Below, piece by piece: positions 39,249 through 46,510 of a stretch of 64,000 nucleotides of DNA; position 1 is the first letter of the stretch; every line of letters starts with the position of its first letter. This DNA is from Patescibacteria group bacterium (GTDB lineage Bacteria; Patescibacteriota; Patescibacteriia; UBA1558; GWA2-36-10). Position numbers and translations under genes: made by a program. The stretch spans positions 33,214-97,213 of the forward strand of contig JAQUKX010000003.1 of assembly GCA_028718865.1 (NCBI GenBank), read 5' to 3'. The notes beneath the pieces were generated by a model. The model was not told the DNA's origin. It did no database searches and saw only the letters and a list, made by a program, of their open reading frames with translations.

Positions 39249-40502
39249 TTATGCCCCAAAAGCAAATATTTGTTGTTGTGAATATGTGGGTTCTTCTATT
39301 TCTTCTTCAATCTCACCATTTAACATTTTTATTAAGTTGGTACCTATGTGATAGCCAAGATTTACTGGCACGGCATTGCCAATTTGTTTATATTGTTGAG
39401 AAACTGAGCCAGAAAATTTCCAATTGTCTGGGAATGTTTGTATTCTTGCATATTCTCTCACAGTGAGAGGCCTTGTTTCTTCTGGGTGACATCTCTCTGT
39501 TTGTTTTTGTGCGGGGCTACAAGTTAAAGTCAATGAAGGTTCATCCCAAGATAGTCTTCTTGCCATTCCAGTTTTGCCACCGCCCATATAAAAACTTGCC
39601 CCCATGTATTCTTTCTGTAAGTTTTCCGGTAAATCTCTCCAATATCCACCTGGTGGTATAAGTTTTAGAATTTTTTTCTTTTTTTCAGGGTACTCTTGTC
39701 CTTCAGATTTTGGACATTTATCAAAAGCTTCTCGTAGTGAAATTATATAGTCTTTTTCTTTTGGGAATACTATCGGAATATTTAGATCATTTCTAACGCC
39801 TATAATAATTAGACGCTCTCTTTTTTGCGGAACATCTAAATATTGGGAACGGAGGACTTTGTATTTTACCTTATAACCAATTTCTTCTAAAACAGAAATC
39901 ATAGTTTTTAAAGTTCTTCCATTATCATGAGTTAGTAAGCCCCGCACATTTTCACCAATAGCTATTTTTGGCTGTACTTCTTTTACACATCTGGCAAATT
40001 CAAAAAACAATGTTCCTCTGATATCTTCAAAACCCATTTTTCTTCCAGCGTATGAAAAAGTTTGACAAGGAAAGCCGCCCTGGACAATATCAGCTTGTCC
40101 TTTTGTAAATTTTAAATTACGAATGTCATCTTCAATTACATTCCAATGAGGTTTGTTTATTCTTAAAGTTTGGCAGGCGTGTTTATCATATTCATTTAAT
40201 AGAACGTGTTGAATGCCCGCATTTTCCATTCCTAATGCAGTGCCCCCAGCTCCAGCAAATAACTCAATAGCGGTGTAAGGGGATGATTCTTTATTTTTTA
40301 AAATTTTAAATTTATTGCTTTTGGTTCCTTGTGTTTTATTTTGTACCCGTTTGATTTCTTCTAAGCTAAAAATGCGGGCATTTTTGTCATCCCTAAAAGA
40401 TTTTACAAGGCCTCTTTTGTCCCAACGCCTTATTGTATCGACTGAAATGTTTAGTAGATTTGCTGTTTGACCAGCAGTAAAATGTTTTTGTTTATTTTTC
40501 AT
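39249..40502 (-). CDS. C5-cytosine DNA methyltransferase with N-terminal MerR-type HTH
   Basis: FAGAGG, GGFPCQ, ENV, QKRER and IGNAVP motifs; TIRRWD HTH. Confidence 0.95.
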   Translation of the reverse strand: MKNKQKHFTAGQTANLLNISVDTIRRWDKRGLVKSFRDDKNARIFSLEEIKRVQNKTQGTKSNKFKILKNKESSPYTAIELFAGAGGTALGMENAGIQHVLLNEYDKHACQTLRINKPHWNVIEDDIRNLKFTKGQADIVQGGFPCQTFSYAGRKMGFEDIRGTLFFEFARCVKEVQPKIAIGENVRGLLTHDNGRTLKTMISVLEEIGYKVKYKVLRSQYLDVPQKRERLIIIGVRNDLNIPIVFPKEKDYIISLREAFDKCPKSEGQEYPEKKKKILKLIPPGGYWRDLPENLQKEYMGASFYMGGGKTGMARRLSWDEPSLTLTCSPAQKQTERCHPEETRPLTVREYARIQTFPDNWKFSGSVSQQYKQIGNAVPVNLGYHIGTNLIKMLNGEIEEEIEEPTYSQQQIFAFGA

Positions 40503-40567
40503 ATAAAAAATGATAGAGGATATCTATCATTAGTATATCATAATAACCACTGCCTATGCAAAGGTTA

Positions 40568-41275
40568 TTATGTGGAAAAAGCCATTTGGAATAATTTAAA
40601 GTATTCCCTCATTTCTTTTTGGCTAAGATTATATTTATGTTTGTCCATTATAACCTTTGGCAATACTTCAAATAATTCTTGTAGAGCCTTTTCTCTTCCG
40701 GTTGCCAGCGCATAAAAACTAACGCCATCTATAACTCTTATTTTATTGTTGGAAGGGCGGCGTTTTCCATTCTTTTTATTATCTGAAGGCACGAAGGGCT
40801 TGTCATATTTTTTCTTTCCTTGTGGTATGATCTCTACAAAGTAACCAGTATAACCACTATATCTTTCCATTTTTAATTTTGATTTTATTGAATCATAAAT
40901 CTCAACTTTATGGTTGCCTTTTGTAGTATTAAATTTATTTTTTACTTCCGCAATAATTTTCATTTTTTCATTTATGACGTCTAAGCCGCCCCCTTTACCT
41001 AAATTTTGCCAGTCATTAACAGAACCTAAAATATCTTGGTGAAAATCACCAATAGCATTTTGCATTGTTTTTTGAATTTGTCTAGCTTTTTCTAATTCCA
41101 GCCAGTCTTTACAAGATATTGAGTGAGTTACACCATGAAACAAGGCCGAAAAAGGGTCTATTACATTTTTATACAATTTTTTTTCTGCGTCATTTTCTGC
41201 AGCATCTATTACTGTAATAACTTTTTTTACTGCAGCGCATAGATCTTTGTCTGATATAAATTTTAGATAAGGCAT
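40568..41275 (-). CDS. Type II restriction endonuclease, Eco47II-like
   Basis: IDPF...RQIQKTMQNAIGDFHQ...LDV...AEVKNKFNT (PD-D/ExK); paired with the MTase. Confidence 0.85.
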   Translation of the reverse strand: MPYLKFISDKDLCAAVKKVITVIDAAENDAEKKLYKNVIDPFSALFHGVTHSISCKDWLELEKARQIQKTMQNAIGDFHQDILGSVNDWQNLGKGGGLDVINEKMKIIAEVKNKFNTTKGNHKVEIYDSIKSKLKMERYSGYTGYFVEIIPQGKKKYDKPFVPSDNKKNGKRRPSNNKIRVIDGVSFYALATGREKALQELFEVLPKVIMDKHKYNLSQKEMREYFKLFQMAFST

Positions 41276-41399
41276 GGGTATTTAAAAAATTATTTACTAA
41301 AGATATTATAGCTTAATTACTATATTAAATAAACAATTAAAAAAAATCGGATTTTTAATATTTCAAGCTTAATGATTTACTTAGGAAAACATGTATTTC

Positions 41400-41811
41400 A
41401 TACAACAGACAAGCGTATGCGAAGTCACGAAGTGAGTGAAGGGGCTATAATTTCGGCAGAGCCGAGCCCCGAAATGAACGAGTGATTTGGGTGAGCGAGT
41501 TAAATATTATTGTTGTTTTATTTTAGTTTTCCCTAATTTACTTAATAGCTCCGCAATAAATCCGGATAATATTCCCACAATAGCTCCTTTTAGGAGTATT
41601 AACCAATTAAAATTATTACCTTGGAATTTTAATGCCAAAGAAATGATAGCTCCAATAATAATGCCCAATGTCAGTCCGCCCCACACTGCATTTTTTGATT
41701 TCCAATACATTAATAATAATATGATTGCTATTACGCCTAATATTATCCAAATTGTGTTCATGTTTTTATTTAAATTTATTTAACTCGCGAACCGCATACG
41801 CGGTGTTGTGT
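41400..41811 (-). repeat. attC-like site carrying gene 41507-41761 in arm 2
   Basis: gcgagttaaata / tatttaactcgc closes the gene. Confidence 0.85.
41507..41761 (-). CDS. Small 3-TM protein inside an att site
   Basis: Hydrophobic 84-aa ORF filling the loop. Confidence 0.72.
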   Translation of the reverse strand: MNTIWIILGVIAIILLLMYWKSKNAVWGGLTLGIIIGAIISLALKFQGNNFNWLILLKGAIVGILSGFIAELLSKLGKTKIKQQ

Positions 41812-41828
41812 GATGTTTGAACCCTTTT

Positions 41829-42680
41829 TTATATTTTTTTAATATGATTATTTTCTAATACATATTCAGATTCGAAATTGAAGACATTTTTAGGAAGTGG
41901 ATTTTTAGCAAAGGGATTATGGACTAATACTACCCGTTTACCCAATTTTTCATTTACAAGATTGATTAAATGATCAGTGCAGTAGATTATTGCTGAGATT
42001 TCTTTATGACTATTATTGCAAAAATAGGTTGTGTCAATTTCAATACCATTTTTCTTTTTTATTTTAGGGCGCAGTGAGTAGCCAGATTCTTTTGTTTTTA
42101 AATTTATTTGTTGATGCCCAACTGCAAAAACGGCACTGAGGATAAGAGGAAATCCAGGGTCAATATGTTGTGTTTCATATCTATTTATAGCAATAATAAA
42201 TGGTTCATTATCTTTTACTTGTTGGTTTAAATATTTATTGATAAAAATATTATATTTTATATCTATCGCATTAGTTATTCTAATGATCATTTGTTCTTCT
42301 GGTAAATCTTGACACTGGATTTCTGACAGATCTTCAGCTACATACATTTCGTCTACAGCGTCATTTCCTCTTGATGCAGTAGTTGTTTCACACCAAGCTA
42401 TTGAGTCTTCAATTTCGAATTTAATATCAGGGCCAGAGTTTGATTTAGAATATATTTTTATTTTTTGATCAAGAAATATACATGCAAGATACATTTCCCA
42501 TAATCTTTGATGAAATTGATTTCTGGTTTCAATTAAAAAATTATCATCAGCATAGGGGTAATATTTTTTCCAAAGATTTTCAATAAAAATACGAAAATAT
42601 TCTCTTTCCTTTTCATCTCGGTTGAAGATATAATTTTTATCTTGTGCTGATTTATTGTTAAAAAAGGGTTCAAATTTCAT
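41829..42680 (-). CDS. Cassette protein with PD-(D/E)XK-like motif (putative nuclease)
   Basis: RLWEMYL...GPDIKF...WCETT; ATG inside the core GTTGTATG. Confidence 0.65.
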   Translation of the reverse strand: MKFEPFFNNKSAQDKNYIFNRDEKEREYFRIFIENLWKKYYPYADDNFLIETRNQFHQRLWEMYLACIFLDQKIKIYSKSNSGPDIKFEIEDSIAWCETTTASRGNDAVDEMYVAEDLSEIQCQDLPEEQMIIRITNAIDIKYNIFINKYLNQQVKDNEPFIIAINRYETQHIDPGFPLILSAVFAVGHQQINLKTKESGYSLRPKIKKKNGIEIDTTYFCNNSHKEISAIIYCTDHLINLVNEKLGKRVVLVHNPFAKNPLPKNVFNFESEYVLENNHIKKI

Positions 42681-42809
42681 ACAACAGACAAGCGTATGAG
42701 AAGTTGACCGTGGAGTAGCTATGATAAAATTATATCATCATAGCTACGAACGGGCAATTTGCGAAAACCAGCCTTTTTTGGCTGTTTTTCCTCATACGCG
42801 GTGTTGTGT
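42679..42809 (-). repeat. attC-like site, gene-free (131 bp), most integrase-proximal
   Basis: gcgtatgag / ctcatacgc stem with two inner hairpins. Confidence 0.85.
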
Positions 42810-42966
42810 GATGTCGAATTTTCTTAATATAAAGGCCATTATTTAGGGGAATTTTTATTATTTTTAAGATTGACAGAATGTAGTATTTATGATATAATAC
42901 ACTATTCGCCAAAAATAGACTAATTCTGGCTATTGGCGTGTACACCACAGTCAGGAGGTAAGAAAG

Positions 42967-43266
42967 ATGTACGGACCTCTTTTTCAAATCAGTGACGAGC
43001 TCGTTTGGAAGGACGAGCCTGCCCCAGGGCACGAAGAGGCTGGCCCCTTCAAGGTGGCCACTGTCGAGAACAACAACGACCCTGATGCTTGCGTATGCGG
43101 TGCATCCCGCAAGAACGGTTACATTCACTACGACGACGTCGAAGAAGGTGACTGCTGCGGTGAACTGCCGGCACAGTGGGTGACGATCACCTGCAACGGG
43201 ATCATCGTCAAGAACCGTGATGGCTCTGACGCCGTCTTCTGCTCTGACTGGTTCCGCAAGGCCTGA
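42967..43266 (+). CDS. GC-rich Cys-rich hypothetical protein (first cassette)
   Basis: Promoter TTGACA(42870)-17-TATAAT; SD AGGAGG. Confidence 0.72.
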   Translation: MYGPLFQISDELVWKDEPAPGHEEAGPFKVATVENNNDPDACVCGASRKNGYIHYDDVEEGDCCGELPAQWVTITCNGIIVKNRDGSDAVFCSDWFRKA

Positions 43267-43388
43267 ACGGCCAGCCCTCTACGAGACCCGGGTTAGAATA
43301 GGGTCTCATTTTTTTACTTCAAAAAATTCCCAAACTAAAAAATAATCTCTAAAAGATTATTTATCTAATGAATAGAAAATTCGATTTC

Positions 43389-43430
43389 ATACAACAGCTT
43401 GTTTGTGCACCTATTGACAGTTTAGCCAAT
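43389..43430 (-). other. Putative attI-like site
   Basis: Last core (GTTGTAT on the minus strand) has no attC stem partner and lies ~70 bp upstream of the integrase. Confidence 0.65.
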
Positions 43431-43466
43431 ATCAGCCAACATGTAAATAGATATCATTAATCACAA

Positions 43467-44366
43467 ATGCTTATGAAGAAAAGCAATTTGTCCCGTTTTC
43501 CACGGGATATTGAGAGCAAGTCTCGTTTTTTAATTGATCTGTCAACTGGTCATCCTCTGGCCAATCTGGTCCAAGAGCTCATTATCAGAGGATTTTCTCG
43601 TCGTACTATCAAAAGCTATTTGTCGCAGAACCAGCGATTTTTGGACTGGTTAGGCTCTTCAGCAAAAGAAGTCAGTTCTCAAGACATCAAAAATTATCTG
43701 CTTTATCTAAAATCTCAAGGCCAGAGCAATACTTCTCTCAACCAGACTATTTCCGCTCTAAAATTTTATTACAGCCAAATCTTAAAGAGGAAGCTGTTTT
43801 TTAATATCAAGCGGCCAAAAAAAGAAAAATTTTTACCGGTGGTTTTGACCAGAAATGAAGTTATAAAAATTATCAATGCTTCTTCTAATTTAAAACATAA
43901 ACTACTTTTGTCTTTACTCTATGGCTCAGGACTAAGAGTGTCTGAAGTAGTCAAAATAAAAATCAGTCATTTGGATCTAGCTAGCAAAAGCTTGTTGGTC
44001 AAAGATAGCAAAGGCGCCAAAGATAGATATACATTATTAAGTGGTATTAGCTTGAAATTTTTAAATTTATACTTAGCACGATTGCCACGGGAGCAAAAAT
44101 ATTTGTTTGCCGGTCAGTCGGAACAAAGCCGATTAAGTCAGCGTAGTGCTCAAAAAATATTTGAGCATGCTTTGGAAAAGTCCGGCTTAAAAAAAGAAGC
44201 GTCTTGCCATAGTTTGCGTCATTCTTTTGCCACGCACCTCTTAGAAAAGGGAGTAGACATCCGCCATATTCAAAAATTATTAGGCCATCAGAATATCAAG
44301 ACTACTGAAATCTATACTCAAGTAGTCAGAGATTTTTGGCAGGGCATCAGGAGTCCTTTGGATTAG
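43467..44366 (+). CDS. IntI-like tyrosine recombinase lacking the I2 insertion
   Basis: N-terminal SAM-like domain; catalytic GLRVSE, KGAKDR, HSLRHSFATH, LLGH, TEIYT; 299 aa. Confidence 0.9.
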   Translation: MLMKKSNLSRFPRDIESKSRFLIDLSTGHPLANLVQELIIRGFSRRTIKSYLSQNQRFLDWLGSSAKEVSSQDIKNYLLYLKSQGQSNTSLNQTISALKFYYSQILKRKLFFNIKRPKKEKFLPVVLTRNEVIKIINASSNLKHKLLLSLLYGSGLRVSEVVKIKISHLDLASKSLLVKDSKGAKDRYTLLSGISLKFLNLYLARLPREQKYLFAGQSEQSRLSQRSAQKIFEHALEKSGLKKEASCHSLRHSFATHLLEKGVDIRHIQKLLGHQNIKTTEIYTQVVRDFWQGIRSPLD

Positions 44367-44427
44367 TTTTTTAAAATTAGAAAACCGCTTCGCTCTGGCG
44401 AGCGAAGCGGTCGGGGTCACGAGGAGG

Positions 44428-44610
44428 CTACTTCTTGGTGGGAGGATCTTCTACCTGGATCTCTTCGTAGATCTCGCCACGGTAGACGGGGATAGAGCGC
44501 GGGGCATCAATGCCCAGCTGGACTTGCCCACTGTCAATGCCGACGACCATGATGGTGATGTTATCACCGATTTGGATTTTTTCTTCTACTTTTCTGGTGA
44601 GAATCAGCAT
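44428..44610 (-). CDS. csrA: Carbon storage regulator CsrA/RsmA
   Basis: MLILTRK.EE.I.IGDNI...LGIDAPRSIPVYRGEIY; SD GGAGG. Confidence 0.9.
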   Translation of the reverse strand: MLILTRKVEEKIQIGDNITIMVVGIDSGQVQLGIDAPRSIPVYRGEIYEEIQVEDPPTKK

Positions 44611-44894
44611 GTCTTCCTCCTTGAGGACCTGAGAGTTTGTAAGCTTGAAACGAGCTGGGCTTACTTTAAGATTTTTCTTTATTTTTGTCAACTTGAAGCT
44701 GGCCAGGTTAGCAATCTTTGACTTTTTCGATTTTTTTGGGTATAAATATAGGCGTTAATATTTTGAAATACTAGCTGGAGTGGCATTTGCCCGCCGTAGT
44801 CCCGCATAGCGGGACGTAGGCGGGACTACGAGAATTGTGCATTGATAATAATATTTAAAAACTAAAGTTTTAATTTATACTTTAGAATATTTAA

Positions 44895-44981
44895 GCCGGA
44901 GTGGTGGAATTGGTAGACACGCTAGCCTTAGGAGCTAGTATCCGCAAGGATGTGGGGGTTCGAGTCCCTTCTCCGGTACCA
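44895..44981 (+). tRNA. tRNA-Leu(TAG)
   Basis: Cloverleaf with long variable arm, anticodon TAG, CCA. Confidence 0.95.
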
Positions 44982-44993
44982 AGTATTTATAAA

Positions 44994-45070
44994 GGGTGTG
45001 TAGCTCAGCTGGTTAGAGCGCTACATTGACATTGTAGAGGTCAGAGGTTCGAGTCCTCTCATACCCACCA
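44994..45070 (+). tRNA. tRNA-Val(GAC)
   Basis: Cloverleaf, anticodon GAC, CCA. Confidence 0.95.
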
Positions 45071-45240
45071 GAAAATTTATTTTATTTATAGAGCGCCAAT
45101 AGATTGTTTTACGACCAAAGTGATATTGCCTGCTGTTTTCCGAGCAGATTTTTATTATGGACAAAAAGTCCTTTTCGTGCTAGCCTTATTAGTTGTTTCT
45201 TGTCCCTTGTCTTGCTAGAGTCACAAAGAGGAGGCAAGCT

Positions 45241-45693
45241 ATGAAGGCTGTCTTGTCGCTGGTTTTATCGTTGGTTTTGCTTGGAACCTGCATCACAGCG
45301 TCGGCCGATTATTATCGGCCATCCCTGGAGGAGACCTTGGTTCTTCCCGGCATTGATCCTTATTATTTCGGAGAATTTCTCGAGAGCGGCAACATCGTCA
45401 CCAGCCCGCCTTATCAAGACATCTTTTTCTGGGTGGCTTATCACCACTCCGGCTGGGAAAAAATCACCATGATCCTATATTTCCCTCTGGATTTGGATCA
45501 CGAAGAGGAGCTGGACGATTTTTGCCGGCAAAGAAACCTTAGTTGGTTTTATTACAACCTCTTATTAGATGGCGAGCATTGCACGGTTTTTTCCTTTATG
45601 TCTGCTGGCGAAGATGCCAGTCAGGAGTTGATAAAGCAGCTTTGGCATTTAGTTGACCTCTCTTTCATTTGCGAGATAAATATTGACTACTAG
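45241..45693 (+). CDS. Secreted hypothetical protein
   Basis: SD GAGGAGG, signal peptide, downstream terminator. Confidence 0.7.
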   Translation: MKAVLSLVLSLVLLGTCITASADYYRPSLEETLVLPGIDPYYFGEFLESGNIVTSPPYQDIFFWVAYHHSGWEKITMILYFPLDLDHEEELDDFCRQRNLSWFYYNLLLDGEHCTVFSFMSAGEDASQELIKQLWHLVDLSFICEINIDY

Positions 45694-45868
45694 CAGTCAG
45701 CTTGCCCCCGAGCATTCGCTTGCCGCGGGGGCTTCTTTATTTTTTTCAAAATACAGAATAATTTCTTGGCCAAAGCCGTGGTGACTAGGAAAAAAATTTT
45801 GGCTTTACAAAGCAGGGATAAAATTTTATAATACAAGCAATGCTAGTATAAAAAATAAAAAGAAAAAT

Positions 45869-46285
45869 ATGGCAAAAAATAATATTGAAGCCAGAGAAAT
45901 CCCGCTCAAAGACAGTGATGATTACATTGAAGAGCCTGACGGTGAGCTGGAAGAAGAAGGCCAGCTGTCGGTAGATGTTTATCAGGACGGCCCTAACATC
46001 TATATAAAATCAACCATTGCCGGCGTAGAGCCAGAAGATATTGATATTACTTTTGACAGCGATATGATCACTATTCGCGGCAAAAGGGAAAAAGATAAAA
46101 GCATCCGCCAGGAAGATTATTTTTATCAGGAATGCTATTGGGGCGGCTTTTCCCGCTCAATCATACTGCCGGTGGATGTCCAGGAGGAAAAAATAAAAGC
46201 TGAGCTGAGAAATGGAGTGCTTACCATTACTTTGCCCAAGGCCAAGCGCCGCGATATTAATATAAAAGTTAAAGACAACGACTAA
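45869..46285 (+). CDS. Hsp20/alpha-crystallin small heat-shock protein
   Basis: VDVYQ...GV.PEDIDI...FSRSIILP...NGVLTITLPK. Confidence 0.93.
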   Translation: MAKNNIEAREIPLKDSDDYIEEPDGELEEEGQLSVDVYQDGPNIYIKSTIAGVEPEDIDITFDSDMITIRGKREKDKSIRQEDYFYQECYWGGFSRSIILPVDVQEEKIKAELRNGVLTITLPKAKRRDINIKVKDND

Positions 46286-46494
46286 TGTTTATCAAAGACT
46301 TAGCTCTTTACTTTGACCGGCAGGAGCAAGACAAAACTTACTTCAAAGATCAAGCGGGCCGAGAAATTGCCATAGATAGCGGCCTGCTTTTAGATTATAG
46401 TGAAAAGAGCAAGCTGCTTTATCTCAGTCTTTCCTCTCAAAAGCAGGCCGAGGTCAAGGCCAAAGAAATTTTGAACGAGATTTTAAAGGATTAG
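46285..46494 (+). CDS. Hypothetical protein
   Basis: Translationally coupled to hsp20; ends AKEILNEIL. Confidence 0.65.
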   Translation: MFIKDLALYFDRQEQDKTYFKDQAGREIAIDSGLLLDYSEKSKLLYLSLSSQKQAEVKAKEILNEILKD

Positions 46495-46510
46495 TTTAAT
46501 AGCACGTTTT

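Larger units (their letters stand above)
19165..43430 (-). mobile_element. Integron-like cassette array (17 intact branched attC-like sites, 1 degenerate site, 2 half-sites, attI-like end)
   Basis: Co-oriented repeats with + strand consensus AAC-agacaa-GCGTATGCG...CGCATACGC-ggt-GTT separate unrelated genes; the array ends next to a divergent tyrosine recombinase. Confidence 0.88.

Noticed and set aside
19165-43430. CRISPR array
   Set aside because: Repeats are bipartite and variable and are separated by whole genes; no constant-length spacers and no cas genes
19165-44366. Shufflon/inversion system or prophage integrated at tRNA-Leu/Val
   Set aside because: All asymmetric sites share one orientation, there are no phage structural genes, and no duplicated tRNA 3' end was seen; inversion of individual bodies cannot be fully excluded
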